DNA of 64,000 nt from an uncultured Planctomycetaceae bacterium (GCA_963813715.1 CAWFAK010000012.1:288001-352000); one strand, 5' to 3'. Positions 30,926 to 42,822 are shown, counted from the stretch's first letter. Notes: generated by a model not told the origin, from the sequence alone. Made by a program: numbers and translations.

Positions 30926-32245
30926 ATGACTCGTTCCCGTCCCATGGCAGTTGTGCTGGTCGCGCTCGTGATGTTGATGAGCGCGGGCCATCTGAGCGCG
31001 AAAGGCGGCAAAGGCGGCGGTGGCGGCCATAAGGGTGGTGGCGGAGGCCACAAGGCAGCCCCCCATCGCGCCGCTCCGAAAGTTCGTCCCGCCCATCATG
31101 CCGCGGCCAAGCCCAACCGCGTGAACCGCAAGCCGCCGCCCCATAAGGCCAGCCACCCTCAGACGCACAAGCAGGCCGCACATCCCAGCAAACCGAAGGG
31201 ACCGGTGAAAGTCGCCAAGCCTGAAGACAAACACAAAGAACCACCCAAGCACGACGCGGGCAAGAAAGAACCCGGGAAGAAAGAGCCGCCCAAACCGACG
31301 AACAAGCCGAAGACGCCGCCGAAACATCCCGAGGTGAAGCCCAAGCAGCCGATCAAAACCAAGCAACCGGACAACAAGGCGAAGGATCTTGCCAAAGCGA
31401 AAGATCTCGCCAAGAAACAACTGGCGGATCGACATCGCACGCGCGACCTCCATTTCATCGGCCGCAGGCACGCCGCCGTCCATCACTTCGCCCACTACGA
31501 TCACAACCATCATCGGTACTGGTTCGATCGCCACTGGTGGTGGAACTTCGTCGACTACCCTGCCTCGTGCGACGACGGCCAGGATGTGCCGGGGGATTAT
31601 TGTGCCGACGGCGATCCCGGTTCGTGGGTGAATTACGAGGCCGCCGTGCCGCCGGAGAACGTATTGACGGAGTCGCCTCCAGCAATCCAAGAAGGCCAGG
31701 GGCTGCCGATCTCTCGCACGGGCGCCCTCTTGGCCGAGCGGCTCGATGGTCTGGACGTTGAGAACCACTGGCTGCCAGGCCAGGACGTCAGTTGGAAGAC
31801 GGGCAATCCCACCGACGACAACCCGGGGCCCGCCAGCAATGGCGGCCAGTTTGTCGCGGCAGTCTGCGCCCGGATGAAGGTCGTGATGGCCGAGCCGGTC
31901 CCCGAAGACTTCTTCCCCGAAATGCAATACGACTGGCTCGTCGATGAGGGAACAGCGAGCGGCTGGGTCGCCGTCGGCGGCGATGTCGAGGCGCAGCTGT
32001 TGGCGAATCAAGGTTGGGTCGTGGTGGCCGCGTGGAAAGCGCCGACGCAGGCCGGCGACCGCAGCTTAGACGGTCAGATGGCCATCGTTCATCCCGATAG
32101 CAGACCCGTGGAAGCGGTGGCCGACCGGGGACCGACGATCACGGTGGCGGGGCAGCAAAATCACGCCAACATCGCGCTCAAGGACAGCTTCCCTCAGCCG
32201 GCCTGGGATCAGGTGATCTACATGGCGTGCCGGCCGCGCTGGTGA
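30926..32245 (+). CDS. Secreted protein: Gly/Lys/Pro/His-rich disordered N-half plus C-terminal globular domain
   Basis: AGGAGG RBS; signal peptide; KGGKGGGGGHKGGGGGHK and PKKP-type low complexity; C-terminal LDVENHWLPG...EAQLLANQG...GPTITVAG. Confidence 0.75.
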   Translation: MTRSRPMAVVLVALVMLMSAGHLSAKGGKGGGGGHKGGGGGHKAAPHRAAPKVRPAHHAAAKPNRVNRKPPPHKASHPQTHKQAAHPSKPKGPVKVAKPEDKHKEPPKHDAGKKEPGKKEPPKPTNKPKTPPKHPEVKPKQPIKTKQPDNKAKDLAKAKDLAKKQLADRHRTRDLHFIGRRHAAVHHFAHYDHNHHRYWFDRHWWWNFVDYPASCDDGQDVPGDYCADGDPGSWVNYEAAVPPENVLTESPPAIQEGQGLPISRTGALLAERLDGLDVENHWLPGQDVSWKTGNPTDDNPGPASNGGQFVAAVCARMKVVMAEPVPEDFFPEMQYDWLVDEGTASGWVAVGGDVEAQLLANQGWVVVAAWKAPTQAGDRSLDGQMAIVHPDSRPVEAVADRGPTITVAGQQNHANIALKDSFPQPAWDQVIYMACRPRW

Positions 32246-32312
32246 CCGCGTTTGCTACGAGCGGCGTTGACGAACCAACATTCCGGGAATCTTGCTCAGC
32301 GAGGACTTCGCC

Positions 32313-33342
32313 GTGCAGCCGAACAGAACACACGGGGCGGCATTTCTTGAGCGCCGGCGGTTATTGGGAGCTCTCGGATTGGCGGGGCTGGGGCTGATTT
32401 CCGGAACCGTCGCCGAACAGTCGGCTCCCCGCGCTCGAGCCGACCAAGACAAGAAACGGCGGCCCAAGTACGACGTCAGTCCTCCGCCAGACGACCTGAA
32501 CGACCTCAGCATGGAGGTTGCCGCTCTTCGCACGATGTACCTGCTCAAAGCCTCGCCCGATCAGGCCCCCGAGCTTCCCGACCGCAACCAGTTCAATGCC
32601 ATTGCGCACCTGGCCACAGCGCCGAAACCGACTGCCGAGCCGCCGCGCGATCGGAATGAGGCCAAGGTCAGCAAGAACTATCGGAAGGTGCTGACCGACC
32701 TGCGTGCGGCCTTCATCGTCAACCACGACGCGCGAATCCGCGAGCTCTCCGACCAGCTCGAGGAGCTCACCAAGGACGAGAAACCCGAGCTGGACGACGC
32801 GGTCGAGATTACCGAACCGGCCCGCAACAATACGCATCGGCTGTTGTTGTACTACGACGCCAACCGCACCGTTCCCTACCTCGCGGCTTATGGTAAGGAG
32901 TTTCCGGACCCCTTCTTCCTGATTCTGTCGTCGCTCGGGGCCGTGCCCAAGGGCAAGAAGCCGTCCGAGGACGAGTGGCCCGGAGTGCGGGAATTCGTCA
33001 TCAAAGAGGTCAGCTGGCAGGTGGGCGGCCTCAATCTCAAAAAGCAGCAACAAATCGCCGCGCAGGTGGCCGAATTCCTGGATGGCGCCTACAAGCTGAG
33101 CGAACCCGAACTGAAAAAAGGCGGCGCTGCCAGGGGGACGACTCAAAGGCCCCATCGGCAAGATCGTCAACGTCGCCGACTGCACCGACATTATCCGCAA
33201 CGTGCTACAGCAGGACCTGGCCGAGCTTCTCTCCAATCCGCAGGTGTTGCCGGCCTGGACCGCGCGCCGGGACTATCTGAGCACGATCGGTCATTGGAGC
33301 GACAACAAGAACGAAACTGGACGCGTCTGGTCACCGCAGTAG
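32313..33342 (+). CDS. Hypothetical exported protein (Tat-like; apparent indel ~33130)
   Basis: LERRRLLG signal; helical body; shifted frame continues ...LQQDLAELLSNPQ to a stop at 33342. Confidence 0.6.
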
Positions 33343-33366
33343 CAACGCACAAGTGTGGAGACAACC

Positions 33367-33750
33367 ATGATTCGCGGCGTGCACACCATGTTCTATTCGT
33401 CGCAGCCCGACGAGTTCCGGGCGTTCCTGCGAGACAAGCTGGGCTTCACATCCTACACCGACGTGGGAGGCGGCTGGCTGATCTTCGACCTGCCCGAGGC
33501 CGACATGGGCTGCCACCCCGCCGAGCCGGAAAAGGGGGCACCCTCCGGCACGCCGAGCGTCTCCTTCTATTGCGACGACGTCCAGAAGACCGTCGCCGAG
33601 CTGACGGCGCGCGGCGTCGAGTTTGTCGACGCGGTGCAGGACATGGGCTACGGACTGGTCACGCACTTCCGCGCCCCGGGTGATTTCTTGATGCAGCTCT
33701 ACCAGCCCAAGTACGCCAAGGGGCCCGCCGCGCGGACCGCAAACCGCTGA
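33367..33750 (+). CDS. VOC/glyoxalase family protein
   Basis: MIRGVHTMFYS; RAFLRDKLGF; VSFYCDDVQKTVAELTARGVEF. Confidence 0.85.
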   Translation: MIRGVHTMFYSSQPDEFRAFLRDKLGFTSYTDVGGGWLIFDLPEADMGCHPAEPEKGAPSGTPSVSFYCDDVQKTVAELTARGVEFVDAVQDMGYGLVTHFRAPGDFLMQLYQPKYAKGPAARTANR

Positions 33751-33786
33751 AGCGCCACACCCAACAAGAAAGGTGCCCTGCGTCCC

Positions 33787-34350
33787 ATGGTCCAGAGCAA
33801 AGCGACAAACGTCAAAGACTATCTTGCCGAGTTGCCCGAGGATCGGCGGGCCGCCATCCAGGCCGTGCGCGACGTGATCCTCAAGAATCTCGATACCGAC
33901 TTCGAGGAGGGCATCACCTACGGCATGATCGGCTATTACGTGCCGCACAGCCTCTATCCGCCCGGCTACCACTGCGATCCGCGTCAACCGCTGCCCTTCG
34001 CCAATTTGGCGTCGCAGAAGAACCACATGGCGCTGTATCTGATGTGCGTCTACGGCGATCAGGCTCAGCGGAAGCGCTTTGAGGCCGATTGGAAAAAAGC
34101 CGGCAAGAAGCTCGACATGGGAAAGTCATGCGTCCGCTTCAAAAAGGTCGACGATCTGGCTCTCGACGTGATCGGGGAGACGATTCGTCGCGTGAGCGCC
34201 CGCAAGTACATCGAGATCTGCGAGCGGGCCGTCACGTCGCGGCAGAAAGCCCCGGCCAAGAAGCCGGCCGCGGTTCGCAAAGCGGCCAAAGCTCCGAAGT
34301 CGACGAAAAAGTCAGCGCCAAAAAGATCGCCGCGGATGGCAAAGCGGTAA
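33787..34350 (+). CDS. DUF1801 domain protein with Lys/Ala-rich tail
   Basis: YLAELPEDRR; YGMIGYYVP; LASQKNHMALY; LDMGKSCVRFKK. Confidence 0.85.
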   Translation: MVQSKATNVKDYLAELPEDRRAAIQAVRDVILKNLDTDFEEGITYGMIGYYVPHSLYPPGYHCDPRQPLPFANLASQKNHMALYLMCVYGDQAQRKRFEADWKKAGKKLDMGKSCVRFKKVDDLALDVIGETIRRVSARKYIEICERAVTSRQKAPAKKPAAVRKAAKAPKSTKKSAPKRSPRMAKR

Positions 34351-34452
34351 GGCTCTCCCAGCGATCGTAACTCGCACGCAGTCCCGTCGGCTGGATCAAG
34401 GGAATGCCCGCATGGCAAAATAGTCGCGGCACCCTAAGATCCCGGAACACTG

Positions 34453-34969
34453 ATGGGCGAACTGCTGATTAACTGGTCGGCCCGCGTGGTGGTCTTGTTC
34501 TACCTCTTGCGGGTGGCGGCCGACGTTTTGATTGCCGATCCGGTTCGGCGCGACCGCTGGGCGAGGTGGGCCTGGACGGTAGGCTGCGCCGTTTATCTCG
34601 TGCACGTCGCGTTTGCGTTCCAGTTTCTGCATCACTGGAGCCACGCGGCCGCCGTCGAGCATGCGGCCCGCCGCACGCAGGAGGTCGTCGGCTTCGAGTT
34701 CGGGGCCGGCATCTATGTGAATTACGTGTTCACCGTGCTCTGGCTCGCCGACGTCGTTTGGTGGTGGCAGCGCGGGCGGGTGGGACGGTCGACGTCGCCC
34801 GCGTACTATTGGACGGTGCAGGCGATCTTCGCTTTCATGATGTTCAACGCGACGGTCGTGTTCGGCCCGACGTTCTGGAAATGGGTGGCGGCCGCAGCGA
34901 TCGCCGCGCATCATCACGCTGCGGCTCGTGCTGCCGCGAACTCCCGCACTGCAAATTCGCGAGTCCTAG
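34453..34969 (+). CDS. Hypothetical integral membrane protein (apparent indel ~34910)
   Basis: Multiple TM segments; HVAFAFQFLHHWSH; alternative frame ends IITLRLVLPRTPALQIRES with a stop at 34969. Confidence 0.65.
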
Positions 34970-34986
34970 CTCTTTCAAAACCCGTC

Positions 34987-35750
34987 ATGGAACTCGTCGA
35001 CGCCTACGCACACTGCGGCTTGTCGAAGTACGAGCCGATCGAACGGGTGCGTGCGACGATGGCGGCGGCCGGCGTGTCGCGAGCCGTCCTCGTCCAACAC
35101 CTGGGCGAGTTCGACAACTCCTACATCGGCTCGGTCGCCGCCAGTGATCCGGAACATTTTGCCGGCGTGCTGCTGGTTGACCACCAGAATGCTCAAGCCG
35201 CCGACGCGCTGAGTCACTGGGCCGCCTCGGAGCAGTTCCGCGGCTTGAGATTGCCGGCCGACGCCCTGCTCGACCGGCCGGTTCTGTTTTCGCTCGCGGG
35301 CGAACTGGGTCTGGTGATCGTGCTGTTTACCCCGCTGGGAATTCGCTCCGAGTCTGGCTCCACTCGTTCAGCAGCTCGAAAACGCTCCCTTCACTCGCGT
35401 CGTCGTCAGCCACTTGGGCAATCCGCGCGTGCACGGTGCGACAAGTGGACGAGGCAGCCGCGGACGTGCTTGAGCTGGCGCGATTTGCCAATGTCTACGT
35501 GCAGCTTTCCGGGATGAAGATGTCCTGTCCGCCTCCGCACGCCCCGCTCCATCCCCTGATCGAGCGAGTCGTCGCTGCCTTCGGCGCGAGCCGCATCGTG
35601 TGGGGCTCGAACTATCCCGTGGTCGGATCGCAGGACGACTACATTGCCGACCTCCGATTGCTGCTGGATGGCCGATTGCCGGTGCCGCGCGAGGCGATCC
35701 CGCAAATCGCCGGAGAGAATGCGCGGCGGCTTTGGTTTAACCGCGCCTGA
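34987..35750 (+). CDS. Amidohydrolase_2 family protein (apparent indel ~35350)
   Basis: VDAYAH; GVSRAVLVQH; FGASRIVWGSNYP; GENARRLW. Confidence 0.8.
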
Positions 35751-35893
35751 AAGCGACGGCACACCGCTCAGGCTTGACAGTTGCGGCGGGAACTCGGACT
35801 TTGAGTTTGCACACCGCAGGTTTCCCGCCATCGTAGAACACGCGCCGATGCAGAACCCGCCGGCTGACACCGGCGGCTCGCCTGGTCTGCTGC

Positions 35894-38800
35894 ATGTCGA
35901 TGCTCTTCTCCCTGAACCTCAGCCGCAGGATTGGAGGTCGCGTGATTGTCGCGATTTTCAGCCTATTCATCGGCAATTCCTTCGTTGCCGCGCAAGGGTA
36001 CGCGCCCGAGGTCGCCGCTTCGAAGATGACTCCCGCGCCCGGGTTCGCCGTTGACCTGGTGGCCGCTGAGCCGCACGTGCGGCAGCCCGTCTGCATCGAG
36101 TTCGACGATCGCGGCCGGCTGTGGGTCGTGCAGTATCTGCAGTATCCGAACCCGGCCGGACTGAAGCGGGTGAAGGTCGACCGCTATTCGCGGACCGTTT
36201 ACGACCGCGTCCCCGAGCCGCCGCCGCGGGGACCGAAAGGCGCCGACCGCATCACGATTCTCGAAGACACGAACGGCGACGGCCGCATTGACCGCTCGCG
36301 CGACTTCGTCAGCGGCCTCAATCTCACGACGGGCATCGCCTTCGGTTACGGCGGCGTGTTCGTGCTCAACGTCCCCTATCTCCTCTTCTATCCCGATCGG
36401 AATCACGACGACGTGCCCGACGGCGATCCGGAAGTCCTGCTCTCCGGCTTCGGCATGGAAGACACCAGCTCGCTGGCCAACTCGCTCACCTGGGGGCCGG
36501 ACGGCTGGCTCTATGGCACGCAGGGGACGAACATTACCGCGCACATTCGCGGCATCGACTTCGAGCAGGGCGTGTGGCGCTATCATCCCGTCACGCACGA
36601 GTTCGAGCTGTTTTGCGAAGGCGGCGGCAACTCCTGGGGACTCGACTTCGACGAGAATGGCCAGCTCTTCTTCAGCACCAACTATGGCGGCTACGTGATG
36701 GTGCACGGCCTTCAGGGAGCCTACTACGTCAAACAGTTTCAGAAGCACGGCGAATTGCATAATCCGTACGCCTTCGGATTTTTCGAGCACGTGCCGCATC
36801 AGAATTTTCAGGGCGGCCACGTCACCGTCGGCGGGATCGTCTATCAAGAAGGGCTGTTCCCGTCCCAATTTCGCGGCACGTACATCGGGGCCGATCTGTT
36901 GGGTCACGGAGTCAACTGGCACACGATCAGCCGCGACGGCTCGACTGTGCGGACGGCCCACGGCGGAAAACTGCTGACGGCCAACGATGCGTGGTTTGCC
37001 CCCAGCGACGTCACGACCGGGCCGGACGGCGCGGTCTATGTCGCCGACTGGTTCGACAAGCGCACAGCCCACCCCGATCCGGACGCCGATTGGGATAAGT
37101 CGAACGGCCGCATCTATCGCATTCGCCCCGCCGATCGCCCGATCAGCTCCCTGCGACGCGAAACGGAATTTGGCGTCGCCGCACGCGAGCCCTCTCGCGA
37201 AACGTTGATCGACAGCTTGTTGCACGGCGACGGCTGGCATTCGCGGCGGGCCTTGCGGATGCTGGCCGAGCGGCGCGACGCCCGGGCCGGCGACGCGCTC
37301 CGCCCACACCTGATCGCCGGCGGCGATGCCAACAATTCGCTCGTCGCGCTGCGGAGCCTGTGGGGAATTTACGCCAGCGGCACGTTCGATGAATCGCTGG
37401 CGTTGCGGCTCCTCGACCATCCCGCGGAAGCCGTTCGCGCGTGGACCGTGCGCTTCCTGGGCGATCAACACAACGTCAGCGACCGCGTCGACCAGGGATT
37501 GCGGCGATTGGCGGAGAGCGAGAGAAGTCCCGTCGTGCTCGCGCAGCTGGCCTGCTCGGTCAAGCGTCTGCCGGCGGAATGCTGCCTGAGGATCGCCCGT
37601 CAGATCGCCGAGAATCCGGTAAGCGCGAACGACCACTGCATTCCCCTGCTCGTGTGGTGGGCAGTCGAGAATCAGGCGACCGTCGTCCGCGAATCGGTTC
37701 TCCAAACCTTCGCCTCGCGGTCCGCCTGGAGTGTGCCGCTGATTCGCGACGTGGTCGTCGGCCGGCTGCTCAAACGGTACGCCGCCGAGGGGACGCCGGC
37801 AGGATTTCGCGCCGCGGCGCAGATCTTCGCCTCGGCCCCTACCGCGGCCGACCGCACAAAACTGCTCGCGGATCTCGACGAAGGCCTGGAGCTAATCGGC
37901 ACTCCGACCGCCAAGCATGCGTCGCTCGGCGCCTACTACGACCGCTTCGCCGTGGTCGCTCGCGAAGGTAAGCACGAGGCTCGCCGCTTTGGGAGTTGTC
38001 CGCCAGAGCTAGAACCCGTTCTAGCCGCGCTTACGAGTGACCGCTCAACCGACCCGCTCGTGCTCCGCGTGGCCTGTCGCCTGGGAAGCCGCGAGGCCTA
38101 CGAACGGGTCATGACGCTGCTCGGAAGTTCGAGCACGCCCTCAGCCACACGGAAAGAACTGCTGGCGATCGTCGGCGAGTTTGGCGAGGCGAAGAACGTT
38201 GGGACAGTGTTGGCAATCGTCCGCGATGCTCACGATGACGGGTTGCGACTGGCGGCCCTCGCGACGCTCTCGCATTTTGACTTGCCACAGATTGCCGACG
38301 CAGTCCTGGCCGAATACCCGCGGATGACGCCCGCGTTGCGGACGGCCGCCCGCAGCCTGCTCTTCGGCCGTCGCGAGTGGGCTAGGAAGCTGTTGGCTCA
38401 GATTGAGGGCGGCACGATTCGCCCCGCGGACGTGCCCACCGAAGAACTCCGGCCCGTCGCGCTCTATCACGATGAACAGCTCGATGACCAGGTGCAGAAG
38501 CTGTGGGGCAGCGTTCGGGCGGGCACCACTGAGGAAAAGCTGGCTGACATCCGCCGCCTGTCGAACGATCTGCGGGCCGCCCCCGGCAAACCGAGTGCGG
38601 GGCACGAGCTGTTTAAGAAGCACTGCGCCACCTGCCACATGCTATTCGGCGAGGGGACGAAACTTGGACCTGACCTCACCACGGCCAATCGCCACGACCG
38701 CGAATTTCTGCTGGTGAGTGTCGTCGACCCCTCGGTGCAGGTGCGGAAGGAATACTTGGTCTACGCCGTCGAAACGCACGACGGCCGGGTCGTCACCGGC

Positions 38801-38983
38801 TGCATCGCCGAGCAGAATGCATCGAACCTCACGCTGGTCGGTCCCAAGAACGACCGCACGACGATCCGCCGCAGCGAGATCCTCGAGATGAAAGCCATGG
38901 CGAACTCGCTGATGCCGGAGAAGCTGCTCGACCCTCTCAAACCGCAAGAAGTCCGCGACCTGTTCGCGTATTTGCAGCAATAG
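35894..38983 (+). CDS. PVC-type membrane-bound dehydrogenase-like protein: beta-propeller, HEAT repeats and cytochrome c
   Basis: LVAAEPHVRQPVCIEFDDRGRLWV; ILEDTNGDGRID; WGPDGWLYG; CATCH heme motif; GPDLT; SLMPE. Confidence 0.9.
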   Translation: MSMLFSLNLSRRIGGRVIVAIFSLFIGNSFVAAQGYAPEVAASKMTPAPGFAVDLVAAEPHVRQPVCIEFDDRGRLWVVQYLQYPNPAGLKRVKVDRYSRTVYDRVPEPPPRGPKGADRITILEDTNGDGRIDRSRDFVSGLNLTTGIAFGYGGVFVLNVPYLLFYPDRNHDDVPDGDPEVLLSGFGMEDTSSLANSLTWGPDGWLYGTQGTNITAHIRGIDFEQGVWRYHPVTHEFELFCEGGGNSWGLDFDENGQLFFSTNYGGYVMVHGLQGAYYVKQFQKHGELHNPYAFGFFEHVPHQNFQGGHVTVGGIVYQEGLFPSQFRGTYIGADLLGHGVNWHTISRDGSTVRTAHGGKLLTANDAWFAPSDVTTGPDGAVYVADWFDKRTAHPDPDADWDKSNGRIYRIRPADRPISSLRRETEFGVAAREPSRETLIDSLLHGDGWHSRRALRMLAERRDARAGDALRPHLIAGGDANNSLVALRSLWGIYASGTFDESLALRLLDHPAEAVRAWTVRFLGDQHNVSDRVDQGLRRLAESERSPVVLAQLACSVKRLPAECCLRIARQIAENPVSANDHCIPLLVWWAVENQATVVRESVLQTFASRSAWSVPLIRDVVVGRLLKRYAAEGTPAGFRAAAQIFASAPTAADRTKLLADLDEGLELIGTPTAKHASLGAYYDRFAVVAREGKHEARRFGSCPPELEPVLAALTSDRSTDPLVLRVACRLGSREAYERVMTLLGSSSTPSATRKELLAIVGEFGEAKNVGTVLAIVRDAHDDGLRLAALATLSHFDLPQIADAVLAEYPRMTPALRTAARSLLFGRREWARKLLAQIEGGTIRPADVPTEELRPVALYHDEQLDDQVQKLWGSVRAGTTEEKLADIRRLSNDLRAAPGKPSAGHELFKKHCATCHMLFGEGTKLGPDLTTANRHDREFLLVSVVDPSVQVRKEYLVYAVETHDGRVVTGCIAEQNASNLTLVGPKNDRTTIRRSEILEMKAMANSLMPEKLLDPLKPQEVRDLFAYLQQ

Positions 38984-39143
38984 TCGAGTGCCCGCCCCGC
39001 CTGCACGGAGCGATCGGCCGACGGGCTGCGTGCCGGGACCGTGCGTCCCTTGTCGCGTTCGCTAGAATTGCATCGCGAGATGTAGGCCCGCGGGGCGAAC
39101 TCCGCATCTCTGCAGCATCGACAGCTTCACAGGGACGCTAACC

Positions 39144-40688
39144 ATGCACGAAGCGATTCTCGAGCGTTTGGGAGTGGTCTCTTCCGCGACCAAAGCACAG
39201 GGCATTTTGTCGGGCGTCAAGGCGAGCGGTGCTCGCATCGAAGCCACCGGGCCGGAGCTGGTCTCGCTCAACCCGTCGACGGGCGAACCGCTCGCGCGCA
39301 TCCGCACCGCCTCGCGCGGCGAATACGAGGCGGTCGTGGCCGCCGCGCAGGAAACCTTTATCCGTTGGCGGACTGTTCCCGCGCCCAAGCGGGGCGAGCT
39401 GGTCCGCGCGATCGGTGAGCGGCTGCGAGCCCACAAAGCCGATCTCGGTCTGCTCGTCACGCTCGAGATGGGCAAGATTCGCGCGGAAGGCGAAGGCGAA
39501 GTCCAGGAAATGATCGACATGTGCGACTTCGCCGTCGGCCTGTCGCGGCAGCTGTACGGACTGACGATGCCCAGCGAACGGCCGCAGCACCGGCTGTTCG
39601 AGCAGTGGCATCCGCTCGGGCCGGTCGGCGTGATCACTGCGTTCAACTTTCCGGTCGCCGTCTGGGCCTGGAACGCCATGCTGGCCGCCGTTTGCGGCGA
39701 CACGGTCATCTGGAAACCGTCGCCGCATACGCCGCTCTGCGCGCTGGCCGTGCAGAAGATCGTGACGGAAGTTGCCAAGGAGGCCGGCTTCGAGGGGCTC
39801 TTTTCACTCTGCACGACGGCCGGCGTTGAAGGGGGACAGTGGATGGCCGACGATCGCCGCCTGCCGCTCGTCTCGGCCACTGGCAGCTGCGCGATGGGCC
39901 GCGCACTCGGTCCGCGGATCGCCGCCCGCTTGGGCCGCTCACTGTTGGAGTTGGGGGGCAACAACGGCATCATCGTCGCCCCGAGCGCGAACCTGGACCT
40001 GGCCTTGCGGGCCGCGGCTTTTGCGTCGCTGGGCACCACCGGCCAACGGTGCACGTCGCTGCGACGGTTATTCGTGCACGAGTCGGTCGTTGAGAAACTG
40101 CTCGCGCGACTGGTCCCCGTGTTCAAGAGCGTCCGCATCGGCAATCCCTGGGAAGACGGCGTGTTGATGGGCCCGCTCGTCAGCGAGGCGGCCGTGGACA
40201 TGATGCAGCGGGCTCTCGAAGCGGCCCGCGCTCAGGGGGGCGAAATCGTGTGCGGCGGCAAACGGGTCAATCGTCCGGGCTTCTTTGTCGAGCCGGCCCT
40301 CGTCCGCGCCCGACCCGAGATGCCCATCGTTGCGGAAGAGACGTTCGCCCCGATTCTGTACGTGATGACCTACACCGACTTCGACCAGGTCGTCGCCGCC
40401 CACAACGGCGTTTCGCAAGGCCTCTCGTCGGCCGTCTTCACCGATCGGCTGACCGAGGCCGAACAATTCCTCTCGGCAGCCGGCAGCGATTGCGGCATCG
40501 CCAACGTCAACATTGGCACTTCGGGGGCCGAAATCGGCGGAGCCTTCGGCGGCGAAAAGGACACCGGCGGCGGACGCGAGTCGGGCTCCGACTCCTGGAA
40601 AGCTTACATGCGGCGGCAAACGTGCACTGTGAACTGGGGCAAGGATCTGCCGCTGGCGCAAGGGATCGAGTTCCCGGTGGGCGAGTAG
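39144..40688 (+). CDS. Aldehyde dehydrogenase, ALDH7/antiquitin-like
   Basis: [55 protein letters not shown]. Confidence 0.93.
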   Translation: MHEAILERLGVVSSATKAQGILSGVKASGARIEATGPELVSLNPSTGEPLARIRTASRGEYEAVVAAAQETFIRWRTVPAPKRGELVRAIGERLRAHKADLGLLVTLEMGKIRAEGEGEVQEMIDMCDFAVGLSRQLYGLTMPSERPQHRLFEQWHPLGPVGVITAFNFPVAVWAWNAMLAAVCGDTVIWKPSPHTPLCALAVQKIVTEVAKEAGFEGLFSLCTTAGVEGGQWMADDRRLPLVSATGSCAMGRALGPRIAARLGRSLLELGGNNGIIVAPSANLDLALRAAAFASLGTTGQRCTSLRRLFVHESVVEKLLARLVPVFKSVRIGNPWEDGVLMGPLVSEAAVDMMQRALEAARAQGGEIVCGGKRVNRPGFFVEPALVRARPEMPIVAEETFAPILYVMTYTDFDQVVAAHNGVSQGLSSAVFTDRLTEAEQFLSAAGSDCGIANVNIGTSGAEIGGAFGGEKDTGGGRESGSDSWKAYMRRQTCTVNWGKDLPLAQGIEFPVGE

Positions 40689-40722
40689 CGAGCCGCGCGA
40701 CGCGTCCTTAGAATCGCCGCCT

Positions 40723-41706
40723 ATGAAGTACGACGTCTATGGCGTGGGCAATTCGCTCGTTGACATTCAGGCCCAGGTGAGCGAGGCGACGGTCGCCGCG
40801 CTCGGCTTCCCCAAGGGGTCGATGACGCTCGTCGACGAGGCGGCGCAGACCAAGGTCCTGGGCAGCGTGGCCGGCGTGCCCTTTCATCGCTGCGCCGGCG
40901 GCTCGGCGGCCAATACGATCCTGGGGATCGCCGATTTCGGGGGGAAGACAGCGTACGCCGGCAAGACGGCCGACGACGAACTGGGCCGGTTCTTCCTCGA
41001 GGACATGCGGCGGATGGGCGTGTCGATCGAGGTGCCGCCAGCCGCCGGGCAGACGGGAACCTGCGTCATCTTGATTACGCCCAACGCGCAGCGAACGATG
41101 CTCACGCACCTGGGCGTGTCGGCCACGCTCGGGCCCGACGATATCGACGGCAACCAGATCGCCCAGTCGAAGTACGTTTATGTCGAGGGCTACCTCTTCG
41201 CCGGCCCGAGCACGCGGGATGCGGCCCTCTTGGCGATCGCCCAGGCCAAGGCGGCCGGCGTGAAAGTGGCCTTCACGATCTCCGATCCCTTCCTGATTGC
41301 CGGCTATCGGGACGAATTCTGGGAGTTGATCCGCGGCCCCGTCGACTTGCTGTTTTGCAATCTGGACGAGGCCCGCAGCCTCACCGGGCTGACCGACGCG
41401 GTCGACTGTGCCCGAGAAATCCATCGCCACGCGGAAAATGTGGCCCTCACGCTGGGCGCCAATGGCTCGATCGTGATGCATCAGGGCGACGTGTTGCCGA
41501 TCGAAGGGGTGGAAGTCGAAGCCATCGACACGACCGGGGCCGGCGACATGTACGCCGCCGGGCTGCTCTATGGCATCACCAACGGGCTGACGTGGCGTTC
41601 GGCGGGTCGGCTGGCCTCCCACGCCGCCGCCCGCATCGTCGCGCAGCTCGGCGCCCGCTTGAAGCGGCCGTTCACCGCCGCCGAAATCGCCGACCTGGTG
41701 ATGTAA
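40723..41706 (+). CDS. PfkB-family carbohydrate/adenosine kinase
   Basis: [24 protein letters not shown]. Confidence 0.92.
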   Translation: MKYDVYGVGNSLVDIQAQVSEATVAALGFPKGSMTLVDEAAQTKVLGSVAGVPFHRCAGGSAANTILGIADFGGKTAYAGKTADDELGRFFLEDMRRMGVSIEVPPAAGQTGTCVILITPNAQRTMLTHLGVSATLGPDDIDGNQIAQSKYVYVEGYLFAGPSTRDAALLAIAQAKAAGVKVAFTISDPFLIAGYRDEFWELIRGPVDLLFCNLDEARSLTGLTDAVDCAREIHRHAENVALTLGANGSIVMHQGDVLPIEGVEVEAIDTTGAGDMYAAGLLYGITNGLTWRSAGRLASHAAARIVAQLGARLKRPFTAAEIADLVM

Positions 41707-41856
41707 ACGCGTTCCCGCCGGCTTTCCGCGGCTGCCAACACTTTGCTTGAGCCAGCGAACCTTCAGCGACGAGTTCAAAGTCGGCCGGTTGGAGGGATCC
41801 GCGAGCGCCCGATAGAATCAGAGCGTCCCTTTTGCCCAGCCTTCAGGAGGAAAGCG

Positions 41857-42822
41857 TTGCCAGCCACTCGTTCCATCGCAGGCGGCGTTTCGCGCGGACG
41901 CTGGCTGATCGTCGGCATGGTGTTGGCCGTCGCGTCCAGTGTTGAGAGTGCGTCGGCCGCAGGACCGGGGCTCGATGCGGCACGCGCCTACGGCTACTTG
42001 CAGAAGATTTGTCGGATCGGACCACGGCCCAGCGGCAGCCGCGGGATGGCGGAACAACAGTCGTTGATTGCCGAACACTTCAGTCGGCTCGGCGCGCAGG
42101 TGAGTTATCAGCCGTTCGACGCGGCCGATCCGGTCAGCGGCCAGCCCGTGCGGATGTCGAACCTGATCGTCACCTGGAACCCCAAAGCGACCGAGCGGGT
42201 CTTCATCGCTTGCCATTACGACACGCGGCCGTTTCCCGATCGCGATCGGCGCAATCCGCGCGGCGTATTCCTCGGGGCCAACGACGGAGCCAGCGGTGTC
42301 GCCCTGTTGATGGAACTCGGCAACCACATGCAGGACCTGCATCCGTCCCGCGGCGTCGATTTCATCTTTTTCGACGGCGAGGAACTGGTCTACCAGACTA
42401 CGGGGCGATACTTTCTCGGCTCGACTTACTTCGCCACGCAATATCGGGACGCTCCGCCTCCCCATCGTTACGCGGCCGGCGTGTTGATCGACATGATCGG
42501 CGACAAAGACCTCGACATCTTTCCGGAAAAGACGAGCGTGCGCCTGGCTCCTGGAGTGACCCGAAGCGTGTGGGCGGCGGCCAAAAGCCTGAAACAGCGC
42601 GAGTTTCATCCGACGCCCCGGCACGAGATTAGCGACGATCACGTGCCGCTCAACGAAATCGCCCACATCCCCACGTGCGACGTGATCGACTTCGACTATC
42701 CGTACTGGCACACGGCGCAGGACGTGGCGAGCCGTTGCTCGGGCGAAAGTCTCGTGAAAGTGGGCCGGGTGCTCGCCCGCTGGCTGACGTTGCCTCCGGA
42801 AGAACAGTCTCCGATTCAGTAG
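41857..42822 (+). CDS. M28-family metallopeptidase (glutaminyl cyclase-like)
   Basis: AGGAGG then TTG; ACHYDTRP; GANDGASG; FDGEE; DMIGD; DDH; YWHT. Confidence 0.88.
   Translation: MPATRSIAGGVSRGRWLIVGMVLAVASSVESASAAGPGLDAARAYGYLQKICRIGPRPSGSRGMAEQQSLIAEHFSRLGAQVSYQPFDAADPVSGQPVRMSNLIVTWNPKATERVFIACHYDTRPFPDRDRRNPRGVFLGANDGASGVALLMELGNHMQDLHPSRGVDFIFFDGEELVYQTTGRYFLGSTYFATQYRDAPPPHRYAAGVLIDMIGDKDLDIFPEKTSVRLAPGVTRSVWAAAKSLKQREFHPTPRHEISDDHVPLNEIAHIPTCDVIDFDYPYWHTAQDVASRCSGESLVKVGRVLARWLTLPPEEQSPIQ

Noticed and set aside
34453..35517. Membrane protein-amidohydrolase fusion
   Set aside because: An alternative frame gives a hydrophobic C-terminus and a stop at 34969, and the amidohydrolase has its own ATG at 34987; the fusion is likely an indel artefact.
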